In this document: piece after piece, positions 10,253 to 20,563 of the stretch
Layout of the letters: each line of letters begins with the position of its first letter
How positions within the stretch are numbered: position 1 is the first letter of the stretch
NCBI GenBank assembly: GCA_011056635.1
Contig: DSEO01000152.1
Span: forward strand, 330 to 64,329
Direction: 5' to 3'
DNA length: 64,000 nucleotides
From: Bacteroides sp.
GTDB taxonomy: Bacteria > Bacteroidota > Bacteroidia > Bacteroidales > GCA-2748055
Made by a program: the position numbers and the translations under genes
Notes under the pieces: generated by a model
Seen by the model: the letters and a program-made list of their open reading frames with translations, nothing else
What the model was told of the DNA's origin: nothing
Database searches by the model: none

Positions 10253-10804
10253 TTAAAGCGGATTGGCAATCACGGTTGTTCTGATACCCAGATCGATGGT
10301 GATCTCGACACCCTTCTGGGTGCATTCCCCTTCTGCTCTGATCGTAAATTGCTTTTTCCTGTTCACGATAAGTTCTACCTTCTCATAATTATCTGTGCCC
10401 AGTTCCCCCAGTGTAAGCGACGTTCCCTGCACAATGGGCCAGTCCTCCTGAACAGTAAAAGTGGCAGTATCAGCTTCGTCCAGGATTTGGAAAAAAGTGC
10501 CGCTTTTGAATACAACATCATTTTTATTGACGCCTACAACGGTGGCCAGAATCGTATTTACGTTTATTTCTTCGATATTGTCATAATATTCTGCAATATC
10601 TTCATCATCAAGAGGATCAATATCAGTCTCGGAAGTAAATTCATGATATTCCGCAGATTTGAGGGAGGATTCAGGGATCTCGATATCAAGTTCCCCGCTG
10701 AAGGTTGTATCAAAATCCACATCAAAGAGTCCTTTGACCTTTTCACAGGAGGAAACACTGGCAATCAGTGCCAGCACGAATCCAATTTTCATCAGGTTTT
10801 TCAT
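10253..10804 (-). CDS. hypothetical lipoprotein
   Basis: The internal start MKNLMKIGFVLALIASVSSCEK gives a lipobox. The longer ORF to 10876 would overlap the upstream gene. Confidence 0.6.
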   Translation of the reverse strand: MKNLMKIGFVLALIASVSSCEKVKGLFDVDFDTTFSGELDIEIPESSLKSAEYHEFTSETDIDPLDDEDIAEYYDNIEEINVNTILATVVGVNKNDVVFKSGTFFQILDEADTATFTVQEDWPIVQGTSLTLGELGTDNYEKVELIVNRKKQFTIRAEGECTQKGVEITIDLGIRTTVIANPL

Positions 10805-10818
10805 AGGTTTATCGATTG

Positions 10819-12120
10819 TTAGTAATAGTAGCTGAACTTGAGATTGTAAATCCTCCAGAGCGGATCGGGAACACAACTGGTTTCCCCGAAAATCTCCAGG
10901 TACAACATGATCTCCCTGCCGTATATGTTCATATAGGTAGGAGAATCGGAAGGGTACCAGGACACTTCAGCCCTGAAATTGTTGCCATCTCCACCCCAGC
11001 TGATTCCTCCCATATTTTCATGATCGCGGTTTGCGATCCATGCCCGGTGGGATGGCAACTTGCCCACAAGATCACATCCTCCGATCACGAAGGAGTTGAT
11101 ATAGAGCATGGCAGCCTCTGCATCGGCAGGTATGGTAAAAGGCTCCTTCAGTACAAGCTTGTCCCCCCTTTCAAGTACATAAAATCCATCAGAAGTATTC
11201 CCTTTATAATCCCAATCATCGATCTCAGACATATATGAATCCTCGATGATTGTCCTTTTGATCTTGATTCTTGCATCATAGGATTTTTCCGGACCCTGCA
11301 TGAGGAAATCATATGTGATGGAATCGTGCAGAAAAACACTCTCAGAAGCTTCATTCCTGATCAGCAGCGTCCTGTTACCAGACGGCACCTGCGCGATCTC
11401 ATAATAACCCTGCCGATCAGTATATCCTGCCAGCTGGCTATCTGTGTTATCCGGATTCAATAAAACCACCTTCAGCCCTTCGAAGGCCTGTTGATCGATC
11501 GTCTGAATAAAACCGGAGATCCGTCCGGTTCCAACGGGACTGGTCATGGAAACATGAAAAGTGGATTTTGGGTTATCGACGTACACGGTGGACTCAAACC
11601 TGTCGAATCCTTCTTTGGTGGCCACCACCTGTTCGTTCCCCTCCTTCAGGTGCTGGATCAAATAGTAGCCTTTCGCATCGGAAAGGGCAGAAAATTTACC
11701 GATCCGGACCTCCACACCCGGGACCGGGATGGTCGTCCCTGCGAAATAAGTATACCCGGACATGATCAGTCCCTCGCTCACCTGTATGGTCCTGGTCTTG
11801 GTGACCAGTTCTTTTCCATCTGAAACAGTCAGCGTGATGTGCTCATAGCTCAAAGGCTCGGCGAGTGTGCTGAGTTCCCAGCTGGTTGAGAGCTGTGAGG
11901 GTTCAGCAATGATTCCTGCCTCTGATTCCCAGAAGAACTCCAGATGATCCCCGTCTTTGTCCTCCACAATGGCTGAGATTTGTATATCAGACCCCGGGGT
12001 GAAGTTGCCAGGGGGATCCAGAACGACCGACTCAATGACGGGCGGACTGTTCCCCAGCTCGCCGAAACAGGAAACCATTAAAACCAGCAGCACGATCGTT
12101 AGTTGCGAAATCCGTTTCAT
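10819..12120 (-). CDS. carboxypeptidase-regulatory-like domain protein (lipoprotein)
   Basis: Signal/lipobox LLVLMVSCFG. Two CarboxypepD_reg-like segments (VPGVEVRIG...DAKGYYLI and GLKVVLLNPD...TDRQGYYEI). Confidence 0.65.
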   Translation of the reverse strand: MKRISQLTIVLLVLMVSCFGELGNSPPVIESVVLDPPGNFTPGSDIQISAIVEDKDGDHLEFFWESEAGIIAEPSQLSTSWELSTLAEPLSYEHITLTVSDGKELVTKTRTIQVSEGLIMSGYTYFAGTTIPVPGVEVRIGKFSALSDAKGYYLIQHLKEGNEQVVATKEGFDRFESTVYVDNPKSTFHVSMTSPVGTGRISGFIQTIDQQAFEGLKVVLLNPDNTDSQLAGYTDRQGYYEIAQVPSGNRTLLIRNEASESVFLHDSITYDFLMQGPEKSYDARIKIKRTIIEDSYMSEIDDWDYKGNTSDGFYVLERGDKLVLKEPFTIPADAEAAMLYINSFVIGGCDLVGKLPSHRAWIANRDHENMGGISWGGDGNNFRAEVSWYPSDSPTYMNIYGREIMLYLEIFGETSCVPDPLWRIYNLKFSYYY

Positions 12121-12350
12121 CTTCTACCTTTTCCCGTGTGATCACTGAACAGTTTATATAACATACGCAATATACAGGTTTATAAACAATTGAAGCATTA
12201 CCACGCAATGTTTTATAATCTCTTTTTGATGAAAGTCACATTATCCTGATTGAAGCTTGCGCATGTTGCATGCGTTCATTCATCCCTTTCTATTTGAACT
12301 TGACAAATAGTTGGAGTATATTTATCTAATAAAACCCTGATTTAACCCGC

Positions 12351-14720
12351 ATGCCGGGCAGTCCCAACAAACTCATCCGGTTCTTCCGGGAAATCGTCCG
12401 CAGGAAAGTGCTGCATTTCCTGATCGTCTACGTGACAGCCTGTTTTGCCATCATTGAATTCTTTGATATCACATCAGGAAGGTTCACCATCCCGGAAAAA
12501 ACTTTTGACCTTCTCTACATCCTTGCGGCCGCCGGCATACCGGTTGTGATCATCCTTCCCTGGTACATTTACAGGAAACAGAAAGATACCAGTGAGATTG
12601 AACCGGCTCCAGCATTGAAATCCCCTCCGGGGAAAGAAAAGATTCTTCTCCATAATCTCCCGGTACAGCTGACCAGTTTCATTGGCCGGGAACAGGAAAT
12701 GGAGACGATCAGGGAGCTTATCAGTGAACACCGGCTGGTGACTCTTACCGGTGCAGGCGGATGCGGAAAAACACGGCTGGCCTGCGAGGTGGCTGCCCAA
12801 CTGGTTCCTGGTTTTAAAGAGGGTGTCTGGTTTGTTGACCTGGCTCCCATATCGGATGGTAACCTGGTCGGGAAAGAGATTTTGGAGGTACTGGGTATCC
12901 CGGAAGTACCCAATCAGCCAATCATTAAAACCCTGGTGGACCAGATCAGGGATCATCAGATGCTGATCATCCTGGATAACTGTGAACACCTTGTCCGGCC
13001 CAGTGCAGAGACAACCACGAAACTGCTGCAATCCGTTCCGGGACTCAGGATGCTTGTCACAAGCCGCGAGGCTCTGAATAACAAGGGAGAGCATGTATGG
13101 AGGATTCCTTCCCTGACTTTGATTGACCCGGAAAAAGTGGTGGGTGTGGAAAGTGCGAGGGACTCGGAAGCAGTGCTGCTTTTTACAGACCGGGCCCGGA
13201 TGAAAAATCCGAATTTCAAACTTGAGAAAGAAAACGTTACTGACATCGTATCCATCTGCAATAAACTGGATGGCATTCCACTTGCCGTGGAACTTGTGGC
13301 CAGCCGGACCATGCATATGGATCCCGGTATGATCCTGGAAAGGTTTGCTGACCGTTTCGACCGTTTGTCCTCACACGATCCGGAAATCTCAACACGTCAG
13401 AAGACCTTGCAGGCGACCATCGAATGGAGTTACAACCTGCTTTCTGACCATGAAAAAATATTATTTGCCAGGCTGGCTGTTTTTAACGGAGGTTTCGGAC
13501 TGAAAGCAGCCGAAAAAGTCTGCTCCGATGAGCGGCTGCCGGAAGAAACCGTCCTGGATACACTGTCCAGGCTTGTGGACAGGTCACTTGTATTTACTTT
13601 CGAAGCAGCTGATCATTCCATGCGGTACAACATGCTGGAGACGATCCGGCAATTTGCCCTGAATTCCTTACAATCTAACAAGGAGGACGAGCAGACAAGG
13701 AAATCGCATTTGCTATATTTTCTGGGCATCGCAGAAGAAGCATATGATCAACAATTTGATAAGCAACTGATGTGGGCGAAAAAGCTAAATGCGGAACATG
13801 ATAATATCCTGGCTGCCCTGAACTGGGCAGAAATTCACTCACCGGAAAAATTTGTAAAATTATCGGGCACCCTTTACTGGTTCTGGCGGCATAACGCACA
13901 CCTTATTGTGGGAAAGGAATATCTGGAAAAGGCCCGTTCAAAAGGGACCGACGGATCGGAAGATGATGCCCGGGTGGTGCTGGGTCTGGGAATGCTCAAC
14001 TGGGTTTCAGGTAATGGTGCAACGGCCATTAGACTGATGGAAGAAAGTCTGGTTATCTGGCGCAGATTAAATAACCTGAAGGAAGAAGCGGTGGCGCTCA
14101 GTGAAATCAGTGAACCATTGCTACATAGCGGGGATATTAAAACCAGCCTGAAATACAGCGAAAGGGGTCTGGAGATCGCGAGGAAACTTGGAGATCCGGG
14201 CCTGATCAATCACTGCCTGATATACCTGTGTACCATGTTCGTCCATACCAAGCAGTATGAGCAGGGCCAGCCCCTGGTGGAAGAGTTGCTGGATTCTTCA
14301 GAAAAACTGCAGAACTTATATGGAATAGAAAGCGCAATACATTTACTGGGCGATTGTACCCTTGGACTGAACAATTACAGGGAAGCGGAGAAAAGATATG
14401 CACTTGGTATTCAGACGGGATTGAAGTACGGTAATATGATCTATACGGTTTTCGATCTCCAGGGTGTGGCTTTTGCACTTTCCGGCCAGTCAAGATGGGC
14501 AAAATCCATCCGGCTGGATACTGCAGCCCGTGAAAAAATGAAAATGATCGGAATGACAGTGGACGGGATGGTGGGATTCTGGGATGAGTGGATCGCCAGG
14601 TATATCGAAGGGGCCAAAAAGGAGGTGGGTGAGGAACTCACCCGGAAATACCAGGAAGAAGGCATCGCCATGGGATTTGAGAAGGCGGTGGAATACGCAC
14701 TGGATTTTGAGAAGGATTAA
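12351..14720 (+). CDS. membrane-anchored STAND (NB-ARC/COG3903-type) NTPase with C-terminal TPR-like repeats
   Basis: Two N-terminal TM helices. NLPVQLTSFIGREQE, Walker A GAGGCGKT, Walker B LIILDNCEH and a GIPLAVEL (GxPLA) motif. Helical repeat C-terminus. Confidence 0.8.
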   Translation: MPGSPNKLIRFFREIVRRKVLHFLIVYVTACFAIIEFFDITSGRFTIPEKTFDLLYILAAAGIPVVIILPWYIYRKQKDTSEIEPAPALKSPPGKEKILLHNLPVQLTSFIGREQEMETIRELISEHRLVTLTGAGGCGKTRLACEVAAQLVPGFKEGVWFVDLAPISDGNLVGKEILEVLGIPEVPNQPIIKTLVDQIRDHQMLIILDNCEHLVRPSAETTTKLLQSVPGLRMLVTSREALNNKGEHVWRIPSLTLIDPEKVVGVESARDSEAVLLFTDRARMKNPNFKLEKENVTDIVSICNKLDGIPLAVELVASRTMHMDPGMILERFADRFDRLSSHDPEISTRQKTLQATIEWSYNLLSDHEKILFARLAVFNGGFGLKAAEKVCSDERLPEETVLDTLSRLVDRSLVFTFEAADHSMRYNMLETIRQFALNSLQSNKEDEQTRKSHLLYFLGIAEEAYDQQFDKQLMWAKKLNAEHDNILAALNWAEIHSPEKFVKLSGTLYWFWRHNAHLIVGKEYLEKARSKGTDGSEDDARVVLGLGMLNWVSGNGATAIRLMEESLVIWRRLNNLKEEAVALSEISEPLLHSGDIKTSLKYSERGLEIARKLGDPGLINHCLIYLCTMFVHTKQYEQGQPLVEELLDSSEKLQNLYGIESAIHLLGDCTLGLNNYREAEKRYALGIQTGLKYGNMIYTVFDLQGVAFALSGQSRWAKSIRLDTAAREKMKMIGMTVDGMVGFWDEWIARYIEGAKKEVGEELTRKYQEEGIAMGFEKAVEYALDFEKD

Positions 14721-14753
14721 AATTCATCGAAAGTTCAATATGACAATCCTCGC

Positions 14754-16538
14754 ATGATGCCACGTGATCCAAATAAACTGAACCGCATCTGGCAGGAGCT
14801 GAAACGGCGCAACGTGGTAAGGGTCATCACCGTGTATGCCGCGGCGGCGTTCGTGATCCTGGAGCTGGTCTCCATCATCGTGGAGCCTTTGAGGCTTCCC
14901 GAATGGACCCTGCCGCTTATCATCGTCCTGCTGTGTATCGGATTCATCATTGCGGTAATTCTTTCCTGGATCTATGATGTGACCCCCGAAGGCATTGAAA
15001 GGACAGACCAGGTGAAAGAGCCACGGGAGGAAATCCCCGGACAACCATCCCGGCTGGTGGGCTGGAAAATTGCCACTTATTTAAGTCTTCTGGTGATCGC
15101 CGGAATGGTAACTTTTCATCTGATCAGCAGGAGCAAGCAAAATGAATCCAAACTGGAAACATCCATAGCGGTACTTCCCTTCGAAAACTGGAGCAGTGAT
15201 GCAGCATATTTCTACCTGGGGGATGCCATCACGGACGAGATCATCCTCCAGTTATGGCAGGCCAATGTTTTTGATCGCGTGCTCTCCCGGTCGTCCACGA
15301 TGCAGTACAGAGAAAGCAGGACATCCATACCTGCAATCGCCGGGCAGCTGGGCGTGAACTATATCATTGAGGGAAGTATTCAGAGGCAAGCGGATCATGT
15401 CAGCATCCGGGTACAGGTGATCCGGGCCAGAAACGAAGACCACATCTGGGCGCATGAATACAACGGGGAATGGAAAGATATCCACAGCATTCAGGATAAC
15501 ATAGCAAAAGAGATCGCAGAAAAATTGAAGGTGGTCCTGACCCCCGTTCAGCTGGTGCAGATAGAACAAATTCCCACCAGTGATTTCGATGCATATGAAT
15601 ATTATCTTCTGGGAAAATACCTGCGCAGCCAGCGTACGCCGGAATCGCTGCTGAAGGCAAAAGGTCATTTTGAAAAAGCCATTGAAATTGATCCCGGATT
15701 TGCCAGGGCATACACAGAGCTGGCCCGTTGTTACGGGAACCTTGCGTTTTATGGCAGTCTCAGGCCCGGGGAAGCCTATCCTCCGGCTCTGGAACTGGCC
15801 AAAAAGGCGCTGGAAATAGACAGCCTGTTCGGTGAAGCCTATACTGTCATTGCCGTCAATGATCTGTTCTTCAGTTATGATTTCGCTGGTGCAGAAAAAA
15901 ATCTCCAGCGTGCCCTGGAACTGGATCCAAATAATCTTGAGGTCTATAAATCCCTGTCTGAACTATATTTCTTCAGCGGACAATTCAATGAATCTGTGAA
16001 GATGGATCAGCGGGCCCTGATCCTTCACCCGGCATATCCCCTCCAAGATGCCTTGTTCGGAATCCATTTATACTTTGCTCATTATAAGGATTCAGCCATT
16101 TCTGTAATTAAAGAAAAAATTCGGCGCGATACAGGTTGTACAATTTGTCATACCTATTTGGGTGTGATTTACCTGCATGAAGGCGAATATAACAAATCAA
16201 TCACTGAATTTGAAAAAAGCCTTTCAAGTTTCTCCCCTTTTGCATTTACTCAACTGGGACTGGCATACAGTAAATCCGGAAATTTAAATGCAACTCGCAG
16301 CATACTGGATACGCTTGAATCCAGGGCGAAAGACGAATATATTCCTTACAGCATGCGAGGAGCCCTGCTGGCTGAACTGGGCAGGGATCAGGAAGCGCTG
16401 GATTATCTCAGAAGAGGATATGAAGAAAGAGAGGAGTACCTGTTACTCATGTTACACATTGACACCATTTCATACGGTGACCTGAGGGCCGATCCAAGAT
16501 TCATTGAAATCTACAAAAAAGTCTGGTCTGAAGGTTAA
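14754..16538 (+). CDS. membrane-anchored TolB-N-like (COG5616-type) + TPR repeat protein
   Basis: The N-terminal PNKLNRIWQELKRRNVVRV + TM module is homologous to the N-terminus of the upstream gene. SIAVLPFENWS...LGDAITDEII domain. Multiple TPRs. Confidence 0.75.
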   Translation: MMPRDPNKLNRIWQELKRRNVVRVITVYAAAAFVILELVSIIVEPLRLPEWTLPLIIVLLCIGFIIAVILSWIYDVTPEGIERTDQVKEPREEIPGQPSRLVGWKIATYLSLLVIAGMVTFHLISRSKQNESKLETSIAVLPFENWSSDAAYFYLGDAITDEIILQLWQANVFDRVLSRSSTMQYRESRTSIPAIAGQLGVNYIIEGSIQRQADHVSIRVQVIRARNEDHIWAHEYNGEWKDIHSIQDNIAKEIAEKLKVVLTPVQLVQIEQIPTSDFDAYEYYLLGKYLRSQRTPESLLKAKGHFEKAIEIDPGFARAYTELARCYGNLAFYGSLRPGEAYPPALELAKKALEIDSLFGEAYTVIAVNDLFFSYDFAGAEKNLQRALELDPNNLEVYKSLSELYFFSGQFNESVKMDQRALILHPAYPLQDALFGIHLYFAHYKDSAISVIKEKIRRDTGCTICHTYLGVIYLHEGEYNKSITEFEKSLSSFSPFAFTQLGLAYSKSGNLNATRSILDTLESRAKDEYIPYSMRGALLAELGRDQEALDYLRRGYEEREEYLLLMLHIDTISYGDLRADPRFIEIYKKVWSEG

Positions 16539-16544
16539 TAAATA

Positions 16545-19500
16545 TCATTTGCGCCTCCGCAGCTTCCGCACCTGGTTCCAGGTGGTGAACTTGCGAAGCA
16601 GGTCCCAGACCAGGGTGACGTAGAAGATCAGTGTCGAAAACCAGATGATGACCAGGTTAAACCAGAAAGTATCTATGGAAAGGGAGCCCAGTCGTTTGTC
16701 AGGTGCATAGAAATGAGCCCTACCATAATTTGACAGGGGTTCCATATAGATGAGGTCCATTTTACGGTACAGCCGGCTGTTCCATTCAATGATCCCCTCC
16801 ATCTGCCGCTTGTTGGTCAGGATCTCTTCCAGTCTTTCATTGGTATGGCGATCCTTCATCCTGAGGAATGCCTCCTTCCCGCCCCACCGCTGCAGCAGCT
16901 CTTCAGATTTTGCATCTTTGCTCCGGCTGGCCGCGTTCATGGCGGCAACAAAATGTTCCCTGACCACCTCCAGGGAGTCGGTTATGGTCCTGTAGAGATC
17001 GTGATTGAATTGACCGGGGTCAAGCAAAGATGTGTTCCCGAAGGATTCAATGATCCCCAGCTCTCCCAGTTCCTGAAGCTCGTTCCTGATAAGCTCAAGT
17101 TCACCGGCAGACCCCTGCACATCCTTTCCTGCGGTCATTTGATAGTCAATTTCGTTCAGCCTGGTCTGCAGTTCAGGAATGAGGAAATTGCTGTAATATG
17201 CTGCATTGTTTTTACGCTGTTCGATGGGGAATAGCTCCCGGTTGAACCGGTTGTCCTTGAACTGGTGTACTGCCATGGCTTCATAAGCCCACCGGGAGGT
17301 CATTATTTCCCCGATCACCGGTACATAGGACGGATGATGAAAAAGGTTATTCAGCTTATCGAAATTGATCAGTACCCCGCTGAACAGGAGCTGGGGCACT
17401 ACAATAAATGGGATAATGATGTATGTGGTCACTACGGAATCGAGACCGGAGGAGATATTCAAACCGATCATGTTGGCCAGGCAGGAAACAGTAAAGAGCA
17501 TGGCCCAGTGCTGAAACAGCATGCCTTTTATCTCCAGGATGCTATTCCCAACGATCACGAATGAGAAGGCCTGAATGGCCGAGATCAGGAATAGTACCAG
17601 GATTTTGGAATGGAGGTAGCTTATCCTGCTCAGGCGCAGGAACGATTCCCGTTCCAGGATCTTGCGGTCGCGGATGATCTCCTCCGCACTGACCATCAGG
17701 CCCATGAATAGCGATACGATCACGGCCATGAACAGATAAGCCGGAAGGTTCACATTTTCCCTGAGCAGGTAGGAGGCGGAAGTTCCCGTCCCGCTGGAAT
17801 ATTTTGTAAAAAAGCCAATGATCAATGCCAGCAGCGGGGCTTCCAGGAAATTGATCAGCATGTACTGCCGGTTGGCCAGCTTGGAAAGGATGTTCCTGAG
17901 ACTGAAGATCCTGAACTGTTCAAACAAATTCGGGATCTTGAAATCGATGGAAGGAAGCGTAGCATTTACCGGTTTTATCCTGTGTTTCGATTCAATTTTC
18001 TCCCGGTAAATACCGTACCACTCTTCCGGGGCCACTTTCCTTTCCCTGGTAATCCTCCCGAATTCGTCCACTTCTTTGGCCTCCACGATCTTGAGGATCT
18101 CCTCCGGCATCACATTGCCACAGGAAGGGCAGTGTCCCACATCAGCATTCACATAATTGCTGAGTGATTTAAAATAGGTAATGGCATCAATGGGATTTCC
18201 CTTATAGATGACATGCCCCTCCTTGTCCAGGATCAGGAATTTGTCAAAGAGTTTGAATATATCGGAATAGGGCTGGTGTATATTCACGATGACCAGCCGT
18301 CCCTTCAGGGCCTGCTCCTTGAGCAGCAGCATCACTTTTTCCGAACCCATGGAAGAAAGACCGGATGTGGGTTCGTCCACAAACAGGACAGCCGGCTCCC
18401 TGATCAGTTCCAGTGCAATATTCAGCCTTTTCCGCTGCCCGCCGCTGATATACTTCTTCAGTGGATTCCCTACCTTCAGGTACTTGATATCCTCCAGGTC
18501 CAGGTCCGTCAGGATCTGGTTGATCTTTCTCAGTATCTCGGTTTCGGAATAATTACTCAGGCACAGTTTGGCATTCAGGTAAAGATTTCTGAAGACACTC
18601 AGCTCTTCGATCAGCAGGTCATCCTGGGGCACAAAACCGATGATCCCTTCCACCCTGGACTCTTCCTCATATATATCGATCCCATTGATGGTAATGCGGC
18701 CATGCTGGGGCTTCAGCTTGCCGCTGAGCATGTTGAGCAGGGTGGATTTCCCTGCACCACTGCCTCCCATGATCCCGATCAGGTTTCCCGACTCCTTGCT
18801 GAAACTGAACTTTTTGATCCCCTTGTTGCTGTTCTTGAATCTGTATTCGATTTCCTCGGCCACAAAGTAGATCCTGGTGGCTTCTTCCTTATGGTGAAAT
18901 TTCCTCGAAATATCACTGTGGTATACAGGACTGATCCGGGTGCCCGTGATCAGCGAACCCTGGTCCATCAGCTCAATTCGGTCCGGGATGATGGGTTGTC
19001 CGTTCAGGAACAGGTTCATGTTCCCCGTGTAACGAAAGATGAAAGTATCCGTGCTTTCATGATGCAGAATGGTTATCCGGCCCCCCAGCTCATTTTCACG
19101 GATATGCCTGACTCCTTCCAGAAACGGGGTTTCCTGGTTATCAATGATCAGCAGCTTGTCCTTTTCGATCTCCCCACAGGTGTTCAGGACAAATGCCCTG
19201 GTATTGTGATGTTCCGACCTGGAGATGTTCAGTGAATCGGCCACTGTCCTGATAAAGGCCAGTTCCTTGTGGGTCATCACCTCGTCTTCGTTAATGAATT
19301 CGACCAAACGGAGGAAGACAACGAATTTTTCACGTTGAATGAGGCTCCTGTTGATCTCTGCAGTGATTCGCTGAAGTTTGGCGGAATCTGTAAGTGTCTC
19401 TCCGGAATCAACGATACCTCCTCCGAAAAGGTAGGGATGGTGTATCTCCAGGTATTGATCGAAAAGAAGCAGGTACCTGTTGATCAGGTTGGTCTTGAGG

Positions 19501-19616
19501 TGCTGCCGGAGGAAATTTTTGACAATGGACCTCGCTTTGAAGGAGACGCCATCCTCTGATACATTGGCGATGATTGCAAATAATTGCAGCAGGGCGTTAA
19601 GTACAGTTTCCTTCAT
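16545..19616 (-). CDS. ABC transporter ATP-binding protein/permease (ABCG-like half transporter with long N-terminal extension)
   Basis: Walker A GGSGAGKST, signature ISGGQRKRL, Walker B VLFVDEPTSGL. ABC-2-type membrane region. CPSCG zinc-ribbon-like insert. About 270-aa N-terminal extension. Confidence 0.85.
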   Translation of the reverse strand: MKETVLNALLQLFAIIANVSEDGVSFKARSIVKNFLRQHLKTNLINRYLLLFDQYLEIHHPYLFGGGIVDSGETLTDSAKLQRITAEINRSLIQREKFVVFLRLVEFINEDEVMTHKELAFIRTVADSLNISRSEHHNTRAFVLNTCGEIEKDKLLIIDNQETPFLEGVRHIRENELGGRITILHHESTDTFIFRYTGNMNLFLNGQPIIPDRIELMDQGSLITGTRISPVYHSDISRKFHHKEEATRIYFVAEEIEYRFKNSNKGIKKFSFSKESGNLIGIMGGSGAGKSTLLNMLSGKLKPQHGRITINGIDIYEEESRVEGIIGFVPQDDLLIEELSVFRNLYLNAKLCLSNYSETEILRKINQILTDLDLEDIKYLKVGNPLKKYISGGQRKRLNIALELIREPAVLFVDEPTSGLSSMGSEKVMLLLKEQALKGRLVIVNIHQPYSDIFKLFDKFLILDKEGHVIYKGNPIDAITYFKSLSNYVNADVGHCPSCGNVMPEEILKIVEAKEVDEFGRITRERKVAPEEWYGIYREKIESKHRIKPVNATLPSIDFKIPNLFEQFRIFSLRNILSKLANRQYMLINFLEAPLLALIIGFFTKYSSGTGTSASYLLRENVNLPAYLFMAVIVSLFMGLMVSAEEIIRDRKILERESFLRLSRISYLHSKILVLFLISAIQAFSFVIVGNSILEIKGMLFQHWAMLFTVSCLANMIGLNISSGLDSVVTTYIIIPFIVVPQLLFSGVLINFDKLNNLFHHPSYVPVIGEIMTSRWAYEAMAVHQFKDNRFNRELFPIEQRKNNAAYYSNFLIPELQTRLNEIDYQMTAGKDVQGSAGELELIRNELQELGELGIIESFGNTSLLDPGQFNHDLYRTITDSLEVVREHFVAAMNAASRSKDAKSEELLQRWGGKEAFLRMKDRHTNERLEEILTNKRQMEGIIEWNSRLYRKMDLIYMEPLSNYGRAHFYAPDKRLGSLSIDTFWFNLVIIWFSTLIFYVTLVWDLLRKFTTWNQVRKLRRRK

Positions 19617-19692
19617 AAAGAAGCATCCTCCTGTGCTCTATGCATACAACATGCATGAACAGGCAGGATCTCACTCAGGAAGGGAAGTGTTG

Positions 19693-20526
19693 TCAGACGA
19701 TACTGCTGCGCAGGATCTCTATGCTGTCTGCGACCTGTTCCAACTGCTCGGTGGTCATGGATTCACCCACCTCCTCATATATTGCCTGAAGATCATACAA
19801 TCCCTTGATGATGTCCGAGATCTCCTCGCGATCCTTCACCGGTTCAAGCAGGGCTAAAAGTTTGTTCAGTGATGTCTTCTGATTGGCCAGGATCTCAAGA
19901 AAATCTGAATTGTCCCTTGAGGTCTGCGCAATGTTTGCAGTGATGTAAATCCCCTCGATCCAGCTGCCGCTGACCACCAGCCGCGCCAGGATATCCTGCC
20001 TGTTCTGCACCAGGTATTCCCAGGTATCGTAAAAAGAATCGGAGACAATGTATATCAAAGAGTCCCTGTTGTCCAGATTATTTTCAATTCTGTTTACATA
20101 GTTGACATTGAACCTGGTGGAAATTCCCAGCTCATCGATCAGGGTCCTTGTTGCTTCAAGGAACTGCAGGGTTGCCTGCTTCATCATGTATGTGGAGGCA
20201 TAACAAAGATCCGTGCCGTACACCCCCAGATTCAAGGCCTTTTCCTTCTGGGTAATATAATTCCCCGCCTGGTCCGGAACATTGGAAAGGGTCAGTATAT
20301 AAGGAGCCCCGGCTTCCTGGATCAGTTTGGTAATTTCAAAGGAAGTAGGCAGCGGATAGCCTGACAGTTCCTCAATGATCGCTTCTTTCTGAGAGGTATC
20401 CTCTGTAACTTCAGCGGTGCTTTCCTGCTTTTTCTGGGATGTGTTGCACGCCGTTAATACCATAAACAGTCCTGCAATGAAAGCAGACAGGACGCTGAAA
20501 GAAATATTCGGTGATGTTTTTTTCAT
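19693..20526 (-). CDS. hypothetical lipoprotein
   Basis: The ATG at 20526 gives MKKTSPNISFSVLSAFIAGLFMVLTACNTS (lipobox). Helical protein. Confidence 0.6.
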   Translation of the reverse strand: MKKTSPNISFSVLSAFIAGLFMVLTACNTSQKKQESTAEVTEDTSQKEAIIEELSGYPLPTSFEITKLIQEAGAPYILTLSNVPDQAGNYITQKEKALNLGVYGTDLCYASTYMMKQATLQFLEATRTLIDELGISTRFNVNYVNRIENNLDNRDSLIYIVSDSFYDTWEYLVQNRQDILARLVVSGSWIEGIYITANIAQTSRDNSDFLEILANQKTSLNKLLALLEPVKDREEISDIIKGLYDLQAIYEEVGESMTTEQLEQVADSIEILRSSIV

Positions 20527-20563
20527 TTTTCCGGGTTTATGATTTGGTTCATTATCATTGAAT

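Noticed and set aside
12351-14720. Calling the STAND NTPase an Avs/NLR-type antiphage defence gene outright.
   Set aside because: There is no recognisable enzymatic effector, no neighbouring defence genes or mobile-element context, and COG3903-type STAND cores are common in ordinary regulators. I kept it only as a possibility within the finding.
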